Assembly: GCA_041601945.1 (NCBI GenBank)
Contig: JBFIHG010000005.1
Span: 2,023 to 66,022, forward strand
Length of the DNA: 64,000 nucleotides
Origin: Porticoccaceae bacterium
Lineage (GTDB): Bacteria > Pseudomonadota > Gammaproteobacteria > Pseudomonadales > Porticoccaceae
Reading direction: 5' to 3'
Each line of letters starts with the position of its first letter. Within the stretch, counting starts at the first letter, position 1. This document shows positions 45,453-54,108 of the stretch, one piece after another. The translations under genes were made by a program, and so were the position numbers. The notes under the pieces are model-generated. The model was not told where the DNA came from. It saw nothing but the letters and a program-made list of their open reading frames with translations, and searched no databases.

Positions 45453-48400
45453 GTGCCCAAATGGCAGTTCTGGATTGACCGTGGCGGTACCTTCACCGAT
45501 CTGGTGGCAGTATCGCCAGCCGGACATCTGCTCACGCTAAAACTTTTATCCGATGATCCCACCCGTTATCAGGACGCGGTACTTGCTGGTATTCGCAGGG
45601 TGATGTTGCTATCGGATGACGCGCCCATTCCTTCTTCCGAGATCGCCAGCGTACGTATCGGCACCACCGTCGCCACCAATGCACTACTGGAGCGCAAGGG
45701 CGACTCGACTCTATTGGTAACTACTCGTGGGTTTGGCGATGCGCTGCGCATTGGTTATCAGAATCGTCCGGATATTTTTGCGCGACACATTGAATTGCCC
45801 GAGCAAGTGTATCGCGATGTGCTGGAAGTGGACGAACGACTCGATGCCGCTGGCGTGGTGCTTACCCCTTTACTGGTTGAAGGTTACCGCGAACCGTTAC
45901 ACCAGGCGTTGGCCCGCGGAATGTCGTCCGTTGCCATTGTGTTTATGCATGCCTATCGCAATCCGACCCACGAGCAGGCGTTTGCGCGACTGGCGCAAGA
46001 AATCGGTTTTACCCACGTGACCACGAGTTGTCAGGCGAGTCCCCTGATAAAACTCATAGGACGCGGCGATACGGCGGTCGTCGACGCCTATGTTTCACCA
46101 GTGTTACAGCGCTATATCAGCGGCTTGGCCGCAGCGCTACCGGATACCCAAATGTTGTTTATGCAGTCCAGTGGCGGGCTGACCGACGCTGCTAATTTTC
46201 AGGGTCGCAACAGTATCTTGTCCGGCCCGGCGGGGGGCGTCGTCGGCGGCGTAAAAACCAGTATCGCGTTGGGTCACAACAAGATTATTGGCTTTGATAT
46301 GGGGGGCACGTCCACCGATGTCTGGCACTATTCCAGTGTCGATGCCAATACCAATCTGGGTGACAATAACGTTGCCGATTACGAACGGGTATTCGATACC
46401 CAGATAGCCGGTGTTCGTCTGCGCGTGCCCATGATGAATATCCACACTGTGGCGGCGGGTGGCGGCTCATTGTGTTATTTCGACGGTTCAAAATTGCGCG
46501 TGGGGCCGACTTCGGCGGGTGCAGATCCTGGGCCGGCCTGTTATCGGCGCGGTGGCCCGTTAACCATCACCGATTGCAATTTGCTGCTGGGTAAGCTCGG
46601 CATCGAATATTTTCCCCAGGTGTTTGGTGCGAGTGGCGATCAGCCGTTGGACATCACAGCGGCGGAAAGAAAATGTACTGCGTTAGCGCGCGAGATTGCG
46701 TCATCCAGTGGACAGGTATTTTCGGTACACGAACTAGCGGCAGGGTGTGTGCAAATCGCTGTACAGAATATGGCCAGCGCCATAAAAAAAATCTCCACGC
46801 AACGGGGCTACGATGTACGACGCTACGCTCTGGCGTGTTTCGGCGGTGCTGGTGGGCAGCACGCTTGCCTGGTGGCCGAAGCGCTCGGCATGGAGACCAT
46901 TCTGATTCATCCTTTCGCTGGTGTGCTCTCGGCGTACGGTATGGGTTTGGCGGATCTGGGGGCGATGGCGGAATGCACGGTGAATGAGCCGCTGCATGTG
47001 GAGGCGCTGCCGCGGCTTGAAAACAGATTTGCGGAATTACTGACAGAAGCCAATGCGCGCTTGCCCGCTGTCGATAAGGCGTCTGTTGAAATTTATACGC
47101 GGCGCAAAGCCTATATTCGTTACCAGGGTTCAGATACTACGTTACCGATCGCCTACGGCGACGTTCCGAGTATGGTTAGTGATTTTGCAGTTGCGCATAA
47201 ACAGCAGTTTTCATTTTTAATGGAAAACCGACAAATTATTGTTGAGAGTATCTCGCTGGAAATTACTGCGCATGAACCGGGTCCGGCGCGCGGGGAGGCT
47301 GATGTGACGACAATGTCTGAATCGTCAATCCAGCTATGTACAAAAGTTTTTTGTGATGGCAAGTTTGTCACGATGCCCGTTCGCCGACGGCAACAATTAG
47401 TTACGGGCAAAGCGCTGCTCGGCCCAGCGATGATTGTCGATGCGACTGCCACCACCATTATCGAACCGGGCTGGCAGGCAGACATTGGTGACGACGGCGT
47501 GTTGCACATAACCAGAGTTAACCAGCGTATACATGGATCCGTCACCGGCCACACTACTTCTATCGTACGCAACCCGGTGCTACTGGAAATTTTTAACAAC
47601 CTGTTTATGTCCATTGCCGAGCAAATGGGCGCCGTGCTGGCCAATACAGCCCATTCGGTCAATATCAAAGAGCGACTGGATTTTTCCTGTGCGCTGTTTG
47701 ACGATGCTGGTAGTCTTGTTGCCAATGCGCCCCATGTGCCGGTGCACCTGGGATCAATGGGTGAAACGGTTACTGCTTTAATCACCAGTCGACAGCACGA
47801 CATGTTTCCCGGCGATACGTTTCTGGTGAATTCCCCTTACCACGGTGGTACCCACTTGCCGGACCTTACCGTGGTTACTCCGGTGTTTGCGCAAATATCC
47901 AATCCGGATAGCCATAAAAACCGGCCCGAAATATTGTTTTACGTGGCGTCCCGTGCTCACCACGCGGACATCGGTGGCAGCACGCCGGGTTCCATTCCAC
48001 CCCACAGTCGGCATATCGATCAGGAAGGCGTACTGATCGAAGATTTCCGTCTGGTTGAGCAGGGTAAATTTCGCGAGCAGGCGCTACGCGACCTGCTTTG
48101 TTCTGGCTCACTGCCGGTACGCAATATAGAACAGAATATCGCCGATCTTCAGGCGCAAATAGCGGCTAACGCCAAAGGTGTACAGGAATTAACCGCGCTG
48201 GTGGAGGATTATGGCCTCGATGTGGTGCAGGCCTACATGGGTTTCGTGCAGGACAATGCCGAAGAAGCTGTGCGTCGCGCCATTGCCAAACTCAGGGATG
48301 GCCAGTTCACCTACGCCATGGATAACGGCGCGCAAATCTGCGTGGCAATCACGGTAGATGCCACACGCGGTGAAGCGCTTATCGATTTTGCTGGCACTTC

Positions 48401-49169
48401 ACCCCAACAGGATAATAACTTCAATGCGCCGTCGGCGGTGTGTAAAGCGGCGGTGTTGTATGTACTGCGCACGCTGGTTGACGATGCCATTCCCCTTAAC
48501 GCCGGTTGTCTCAAGCCGGTGCAGCTGCGCATTCCCGAGGGTTCACTGTTAAATCCCCGCTATCCCGCGGCGGTAGTGGCGGGTAATGTGGAAACGTCTC
48601 AGTATGTTGCCGATGCTCTGTACGGCGCGCTGGGAGTGCTCGCAGGTTCGCAGGGCACTATGAATAATGTCACGTTTGGTAACGAGCGCTATCAGTATTA
48701 CGAAACTCTGTGCGGCGGAGCTGGTGCCGGGCCAACGTTTAACGGCGCCAGCGCGGTGCAGGTGCACATGACCAACTCCCGTCTAACTGATCCCGAAATA
48801 CTGGAACTGCGCTACCCGGTAAGACTGGAGGAGTTCAGCATCCGCAAGGGCAGCGGTGGAGCGGGTCAGTATCGGGGCGGCGATGGTGTGACTCGTAAAA
48901 TTCGCTTTCTCGATGCCATGAACGCGGCGATCGTGTCCGGGCACCGCAGGGTACCCACGTTTGGTGTCGCAGGGGGCGGTGCAGGAAAAGTGGGGAGAAA
49001 TTCCATAGTTCACGCCGATGGTCGGGTGGAAGCCCTCGGTAGCGCGGACGAATTATCGGTGCGGCCGGGTGATATGCTGGTGATTGAAACACCCGGTGGT
49101 GGTGGGTTTGGGTTATCGGAACTTACGCGAAAAGACCCCGATCTGAATGAAGCTAAGCGAAACCTTTAG
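45453..49169 (+). CDS. fused hydantoinase A/B (HyuA-HyuB) family enzyme, 5-oxoprolinase-like
   Basis: A 1238-aa protein with a GTG start. The N-terminus WQFWIDRGGTFTDLVA is the HyuA signature. The C-terminal half carries HLPDLTVVTPVF and GGGGFG, typical of HyuB. Confidence 0.85.
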   Translation: MPKWQFWIDRGGTFTDLVAVSPAGHLLTLKLLSDDPTRYQDAVLAGIRRVMLLSDDAPIPSSEIASVRIGTTVATNALLERKGDSTLLVTTRGFGDALRIGYQNRPDIFARHIELPEQVYRDVLEVDERLDAAGVVLTPLLVEGYREPLHQALARGMSSVAIVFMHAYRNPTHEQAFARLAQEIGFTHVTTSCQASPLIKLIGRGDTAVVDAYVSPVLQRYISGLAAALPDTQMLFMQSSGGLTDAANFQGRNSILSGPAGGVVGGVKTSIALGHNKIIGFDMGGTSTDVWHYSSVDANTNLGDNNVADYERVFDTQIAGVRLRVPMMNIHTVAAGGGSLCYFDGSKLRVGPTSAGADPGPACYRRGGPLTITDCNLLLGKLGIEYFPQVFGASGDQPLDITAAERKCTALAREIASSSGQVFSVHELAAGCVQIAVQNMASAIKKISTQRGYDVRRYALACFGGAGGQHACLVAEALGMETILIHPFAGVLSAYGMGLADLGAMAECTVNEPLHVEALPRLENRFAELLTEANARLPAVDKASVEIYTRRKAYIRYQGSDTTLPIAYGDVPSMVSDFAVAHKQQFSFLMENRQIIVESISLEITAHEPGPARGEADVTTMSESSIQLCTKVFCDGKFVTMPVRRRQQLVTGKALLGPAMIVDATATTIIEPGWQADIGDDGVLHITRVNQRIHGSVTGHTTSIVRNPVLLEIFNNLFMSIAEQMGAVLANTAHSVNIKERLDFSCALFDDAGSLVANAPHVPVHLGSMGETVTALITSRQHDMFPGDTFLVNSPYHGGTHLPDLTVVTPVFAQISNPDSHKNRPEILFYVASRAHHADIGGSTPGSIPPHSRHIDQEGVLIEDFRLVEQGKFREQALRDLLCSGSLPVRNIEQNIADLQAQIAANAKGVQELTALVEDYGLDVVQAYMGFVQDNAEEAVRRAIAKLRDGQFTYAMDNGAQICVAITVDATRGEALIDFAGTSPQQDNNFNAPSAVCKAAVLYVLRTLVDDAIPLNAGCLKPVQLRIPEGSLLNPRYPAAVVAGNVETSQYVADALYGALGVLAGSQGTMNNVTFGNERYQYYETLCGGAGAGPTFNGASAVQVHMTNSRLTDPEILELRYPVRLEEFSIRKGSGGAGQYRGGDGVTRKIRFLDAMNAAIVSGHRRVPTFGVAGGGAGKVGRNSIVHADGRVEALGSADELSVRPGDMLVIETPGGGGFGLSELTRKDPDLNEAKRNL

Positions 49170-49265
49170 GCGTGTGCTGTCGCTTGCGTGGCGAGTAACG
49201 GTGACGGTCGCATGGATTTGGACTAAGCTGTGGTGACGATTTTATAAACTATCTGTGGAGAGACT

Positions 49266-50252
49266 GTGATGTTAGATAAACATAAAGGACTACCTTATAC
49301 CAAATCCGAAGCCAAGGCCTGGGCCCAGGAAGTTATCGTTGATTGGTACGATTGTCCGGTTACACCGTTTTTAGCAGACGACAGTCTGGACGAGGAAGGT
49401 TTACGCAAGAATGTCGAATATTACATCGATATCGGTGAAACGGGCCTGGTGTGCGGTGGCTTTGTGGCGGAGTGCTGGAATACCACCGTTACCGAATGGA
49501 TGCGCTACCACGAAGTCATTGCTGAAGCAGCTGGTGGCCGCATTCCATTGCACACGATTATTTTTGATCCCAGCGTACACCAGGCCATGGAGAAGCTGGA
49601 TTATGTGCAGAGTCTGGGTTACGTGGCGGCCGAGGTGGTGACCCCCATTGTACAGTTGCGAGCCGATGACGAAATTTTTGATTACTTTAATTATCTGGCG
49701 GAACATTCCAGCCTGGCACTGCTGTATTACCGCTCGGCGGTGTCAGGGCACCTGATGAACCTCGAGCTGTGCCGACGCCTGTCCGAGATTCCAACTATGG
49801 TGGGTATGAAGCAGGGTAGTCTCAACCATGTGGATTCGATAAAGCTGCGTAAAATGTGCGGTGATGATTTTATCGTTAGCGACCCAATTGAAACCCATTG
49901 GTTAAACGACCTGCGCCACGGTGGAACAGTTTTATACGGCGCGTTTCACCACATTTTGTACGGCAAAAAACGCCATTTGCTTGAAGAGTACACCGCCCTG
50001 GCCCGCGCCGGAAAATGGAATGAGGCTTATGCTATCTGGGATTCGCTGACGCCAGTGCGCGATTTACTCGACGAAATTATGCTGGGGCCGTTGTCCGGCA
50101 ACTTTACCTACGCAACCACCCTCGGCAACGTCAAGGCCTGGTATGACGCCATGGGCCTTGCCGCTGGCAAGCTACGCTCGCCGATGCGGCAGGTATCCCC
50201 CCAGTACCGGGAGTGGATCAAGGGTAAGCTTGCGGAATATGGCGTGATCTAG
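49266..50252 (+). CDS. DapA/dihydrodipicolinate-synthase-family (class I aldolase-like) protein
   Basis: A 328-aa protein. The pattern is GETGLVCGGFVAECW ... LLYYRSAVSG ... PTMVGMKQGS, which carries the Schiff-base-type Lys. It is divergent from canonical DapA (GSTGE is replaced by GGFVAE). Confidence 0.7.
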   Translation: MMLDKHKGLPYTKSEAKAWAQEVIVDWYDCPVTPFLADDSLDEEGLRKNVEYYIDIGETGLVCGGFVAECWNTTVTEWMRYHEVIAEAAGGRIPLHTIIFDPSVHQAMEKLDYVQSLGYVAAEVVTPIVQLRADDEIFDYFNYLAEHSSLALLYYRSAVSGHLMNLELCRRLSEIPTMVGMKQGSLNHVDSIKLRKMCGDDFIVSDPIETHWLNDLRHGGTVLYGAFHHILYGKKRHLLEEYTALARAGKWNEAYAIWDSLTPVRDLLDEIMLGPLSGNFTYATTLGNVKAWYDAMGLAAGKLRSPMRQVSPQYREWIKGKLAEYGVI

Positions 50253-50364
50253 ACCGTAGGCGCGCTTGCAGCTTCTCCCTTCGGTTACCCGGTACGCCGA
50301 TTTGATCGAACAAAGTACGACAGGTCAGGAATTGGCCATTCCAGTTTTGAAAATATCTGGCGGC

Positions 50365-51072
50365 CTATTCCTCGTACTGATCGCGGCGACGGACCCAGGC
50401 CATACTGTGGGCCAGGTGATCTTCGTCGCGGCCATTGGGCACCAGATCCATATGATGATAGGCGCCATTTAACATATCCAGACCTCGCGAATAGCAAGAA
50501 TAAGTGTGGAATACCTCATGCTGCGGATTTTTGTAAAAGACACTGACCCCTGGCGCCTCTTCTGCTGGAAATTTTGTGCGGTGGTAGTTGTAATACATTT
50601 CACCTTGTTGCATTTCTTTCGGGGTAAATGACACATGGAAATCCTGATTAAAATCACTATCCAGTGAAGACGCCCACTCGAAACTCCAGCCGAGGCGCTT
50701 TTTGTAGGTCTCCAGTTTGGCAAGTGGAGCGCGCGAAACCGCCATCATTTTTATATTCCGGTGCCGCAGGTGGGTCACGATTCCATTGAAGTTATCCGCC
50801 CAGAACGAACAACTGGGGCAACCCTGTTCCCAGTCGGGGCCGAACATAAAGTGGTAAACAATCAGTTGGTCTCGGTCCGCGAACAGGTCTGCCAATGCCG
50901 CGCTGCCTTGCGGGGTATCGAAGCGATAGGTTTTTTCTATTCTAACCCAGGGTAGTTCGCGCCGTTGGCGACTTAATTGATCGCGCAAGCGGGTAAACTC
51001 TTTTTCCTTTGCGAGGTGTTCCTTACGGGCGATCAGCCACTCCGCTGGTGAAACAACAGTATGGTTCTCCAT
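50365..51072 (-). CDS. DUF899 thioredoxin-like family protein
   Basis: It shows SPAEWLIARKEHLAKEKEFTRLRDQLSRQRRELPWV and CPSCSFWADNFNG, both typical of DUF899. ATG 51072 is preceded by AGGAGA; the ORF opens at 51216. Confidence 0.75.
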   Translation of the reverse strand: MENHTVVSPAEWLIARKEHLAKEKEFTRLRDQLSRQRRELPWVRIEKTYRFDTPQGSAALADLFADRDQLIVYHFMFGPDWEQGCPSCSFWADNFNGIVTHLRHRNIKMMAVSRAPLAKLETYKKRLGWSFEWASSLDSDFNQDFHVSFTPKEMQQGEMYYNYHRTKFPAEEAPGVSVFYKNPQHEVFHTYSCYSRGLDMLNGAYHHMDLVPNGRDEDHLAHSMAWVRRRDQYEE

Positions 51073-51399
51073 GGTAGGTCTCCTGCTGATTTCGGGGTTG
51101 ATGGATTGGATGCTTGTGGATCTTGTAGCCTCAATCTTACCGTAGAAATATTTTCGAATTTCGTTGCCGTGGCGATTGGCGTCAGACACGCTGTTGAGTG
51201 CATTTTCCGAATTCAAACAGATCCGGCGGGGATATATCGAGAACTACGCACAGACTCAGTAAAAGCGTCGGCATTGGGCTTGCGGGAGTGTTGCTGGGGG
51301 CCGTTAAAGGCATCGAAGAGCTAGGCGCTCGGTCTTGTTTTTTTTATGCAGATGTTCAGTTGGCAGGCTTATAATTAACGCGATTACGGAAGGTGGTGC

Positions 51400-52758
51400 A
51401 TGAAAAAGACAGCGGGAAACGAGCTGAACGCGCCCTGGGAGAAGGCGTTTGACCGGGTATTAAGTCCCCTTGATGAATTTATTCATCGCCAGACCACCAG
51501 CGGTGTGCTGTTGATGGCCTGTGCGTTGGCGGCGCTCTATATCGCTAATAGCCAGTGGAATGATGCGTACCAGCGTTTACTGCAGATGCCCTTTAGCGTT
51601 GGCATGGAGGGCTTTGGGTTATCCAAATCGCTACACCACTGGATTAATGACGGGCTAATGGCGATGTTTTTTTTCGTTATCGGGTTGGAGCTGAAGCGTG
51701 AATTATTGGTTGGGGAGCTGGCGGATCCAAAACAGGCGGTACTGCCGATTATTGCGGCTTGCGGGGGCATGTTTGTCCCCGTCCTCGTGTATGTAGCATT
51801 TAATCCGCAAGGCTCGGCGTTGGCAGGCTGGGGCGTGCCGATGGCGACTGACATTGCCTTTGCTCTGGGTGCGCTGGCGTTGCTCGGCAAGCGGGTGCCG
51901 CGGAGTTTGCTGACGTTTCTGGTGGCGCTGGCGATTGTGGACGATCTGGGGGCCGTACTGGTGATAGCCTTGTTCTACACCGACACCATAAATTTTGTTG
52001 CCCTGTCTATAGCCGTTGGCATATTGTTGGCGTTGGTCAGTTTAAACCGTGGGGGCATACGCCGGCCATTGCCTTATCTGTTGCTGGGTATAGTGCTCTG
52101 GATAGCGACATTAAAAAGCGGTGTGCACGCGACCGTCGCGGGTATTCTTTTGGCGTTTACCATTCCCATGCGACCCAAGTACGATCCGGTGCGCTTCCTG
52201 GCACAGATCAATGAACTGGTTGACCAGATCAAACAGGCCTACCAGCGCGAGGAAAATATTGTTAAAAATGACGAGCTCCGCTCGCGGGTTCGAGCCCTGG
52301 GGGAGGGCGCGCAGCTGGTGCAGGCCCCCGCGCAAATTCTGGAACATAGAATGCATCTGCCGTCGGCATATCTGGTTATCCCTGTTTTTTCCCTGGCCAA
52401 TGCGGGTATTCCTGTCGACTGGTCCTCATTCGACAGCATCGCCACCCATCCGGTGGCGATGGGCATTACCGCCGGCCTGGTCGGCGGTAAATTGCTGGGT
52501 ATTGCGGGATTTTCCTGGATTGCTGTCAAGTTGGGTTTGACTACATTGCCGCGCGATCTAAACTTTAAGCATATTGTGGGCGTGGGTTTAATGGGTGGCA
52601 TCGGTTTTACCATGTCCATCTTTATAGCCGAACTGGGTTTCGCCGGACAAGCCGAGGAAATGCTGATGGCAAAAACCGGCATACTTATCGCCTCGGTACT
52701 TGCCGGTGTTGCAGGATTTTTATGGTTGTATGTAACTTCTCAGAAAAGCACAGAATAG
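51400..52758 (+). CDS. nhaA: Na+/H+ antiporter NhaA
   Basis: It shows WINDGLMAMFFFVIGLELKRE and ALAIVDDLGAVLVIALFY, the latter carrying the conserved DD pair. The protein is polytopic. Confidence 0.9.
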   Translation: MKKTAGNELNAPWEKAFDRVLSPLDEFIHRQTTSGVLLMACALAALYIANSQWNDAYQRLLQMPFSVGMEGFGLSKSLHHWINDGLMAMFFFVIGLELKRELLVGELADPKQAVLPIIAACGGMFVPVLVYVAFNPQGSALAGWGVPMATDIAFALGALALLGKRVPRSLLTFLVALAIVDDLGAVLVIALFYTDTINFVALSIAVGILLALVSLNRGGIRRPLPYLLLGIVLWIATLKSGVHATVAGILLAFTIPMRPKYDPVRFLAQINELVDQIKQAYQREENIVKNDELRSRVRALGEGAQLVQAPAQILEHRMHLPSAYLVIPVFSLANAGIPVDWSSFDSIATHPVAMGITAGLVGGKLLGIAGFSWIAVKLGLTTLPRDLNFKHIVGVGLMGGIGFTMSIFIAELGFAGQAEEMLMAKTGILIASVLAGVAGFLWLYVTSQKSTE

Positions 52759-52841
52759 CTTTACGTTAACATCTGGTTTGCCTGAGTGGAACCGGGGTGG
52801 GTTTGCTAATAATGAGTTAACTGAATTACAGGGTTGATAAT

Positions 52842-53327
52842 ATGCCTTCGTTCGATATCGTTTCCGAAGTTGAAAATGAAGAAATTCGCAACGCTGCGGA
52901 GAACTCCCAACGGGAACTGGCCACGCGCTTTGATTTTCGTGGGGTTAATGCATCGGTAGAGTTCAAGGACGGGGAAATAACCCTGTCCGCCGATGCTGAC
53001 TTTCAGTGCCGCCAATTGCTGGAAATCGTGATCAAAAATCTGGTAAAACGCAAAGTTGATCCGCATTGTATCGAAGCCGATGAAGAAACTACCCATAGCG
53101 GAAAAACGTTTTCCCTACAGGTGAAATTCAAGCAGGGTATTGATCAGCCCATGGCCAAGCAGATCGTCAAGCTGATCAAGGACTCGAAAATGAAAGTGCA
53201 GGCGGCTATTCAAGGAGACAAAATCCGGGTCACGGGCAAAAAGCGCGACGATTTACAGGAGGCTATGGCCCTGTTACGTGGTGCCGATCTGGGGCAGCCG
53301 GTTCAGTTTGATAATTTCAGGGATTAA
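52842..53327 (+). CDS. yajQ: YajQ-family nucleotide/c-di-GMP-binding protein
   Basis: A 161-aa protein starting [10 protein letters not shown], and collinear with the YajQ family. Confidence 0.9.
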   Translation: MPSFDIVSEVENEEIRNAAENSQRELATRFDFRGVNASVEFKDGEITLSADADFQCRQLLEIVIKNLVKRKVDPHCIEADEETTHSGKTFSLQVKFKQGIDQPMAKQIVKLIKDSKMKVQAAIQGDKIRVTGKKRDDLQEAMALLRGADLGQPVQFDNFRD

Positions 53328-53422
53328 AATTTTACATGTGTCTATACAGGATCGTCTCGGTATGTCGAGTGCATGGTAGTACCCTGAGTCAATATAAAAA
53401 AGAGTAGGCAGCTGAGGGCGCG

Positions 53423-54028
53423 ATGCGAGTGCGCGGGAAAATTGTCAAATGGAGCGACGACAGAGGCTTTGGCTTTATTGCGCCTGAATTGGCGGGCAAA
53501 CAAGTTTTTGTCCATATCAGTGCTTTTGCCGGAGGATCTCGTCGCCCTGAAATTGGCGATAGCGTAACCTTTGATTTGGTTCGCGACGCTCAGGGTCGCG
53601 ACCGCGCGGAGAATGTAGTTGGAGAGCGTGAGGCTTTCGCGAGAGAGCGTGTTTCTAAATCACTTATTAGCGCAATCATCTTTCTTTTTGTAGTGGTTTT
53701 GGTAACAGCATCTGGACGACTGCCGGTAATAGTACTCTGGTTATACCTCGCCATGAGTGTGCTTACTTTTGCAGTGTACGCATATGATAAGTCCGCGGCT
53801 CGCAGGAATGCACAGCGTACCCCAGAGAATACCCTGCATATGTTAGCTTTGCTCGGCGGCTGGCCAGGCGCGATTTTTGCCCAGCATCGTCTGCGGCACA
53901 AAACGATCAAAAGGTCATTTCGAGTGGTATTCTGGATAACTCTGTTGGTTAACGTGTCGGCATTTGCGTATGTCCTGTCACCCTATGGTGCCTGGCTTGA
54001 AACTATTCTGAACCGAATTGCGGGTTGA
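53423..54028 (+). CDS. cold-shock-domain protein fused to a DUF1294 membrane domain
   Basis: The N-terminal GKIVKWSDDRGFGFIAP...VFVHIS is an S1-like CSD. The C-terminus has TM helices and YAYDKSAARRNAQRTPENTLHMLALLGGWPGA, typical of DUF1294. Confidence 0.8.
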   Translation: MRVRGKIVKWSDDRGFGFIAPELAGKQVFVHISAFAGGSRRPEIGDSVTFDLVRDAQGRDRAENVVGEREAFARERVSKSLISAIIFLFVVVLVTASGRLPVIVLWLYLAMSVLTFAVYAYDKSAARRNAQRTPENTLHMLALLGGWPGAIFAQHRLRHKTIKRSFRVVFWITLLVNVSAFAYVLSPYGAWLETILNRIAG

Positions 54029-54108
54029 ACAGTAGCCGTTAGGGTAATGGAAAGCTGGCGGGCAGTTACCTGGACTCGGTTAATCGGCGATGTTGCTCGC
54101 CGATCAAT

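Noticed and set aside
54083-54104. A perfect 8-bp hairpin, ATCGGCGA-tgttgc-TCGCCGAT, just downstream of valS. A similar one, GAACAGCG-catt-CGCTGTTC, lies at 38517-38536 after the Kv channel gene.
   Set aside because: Neither is followed by a U-tract on the relevant strand, so I do not call them intrinsic terminators. They may still be RNA-stabilising or Rho-related structures.
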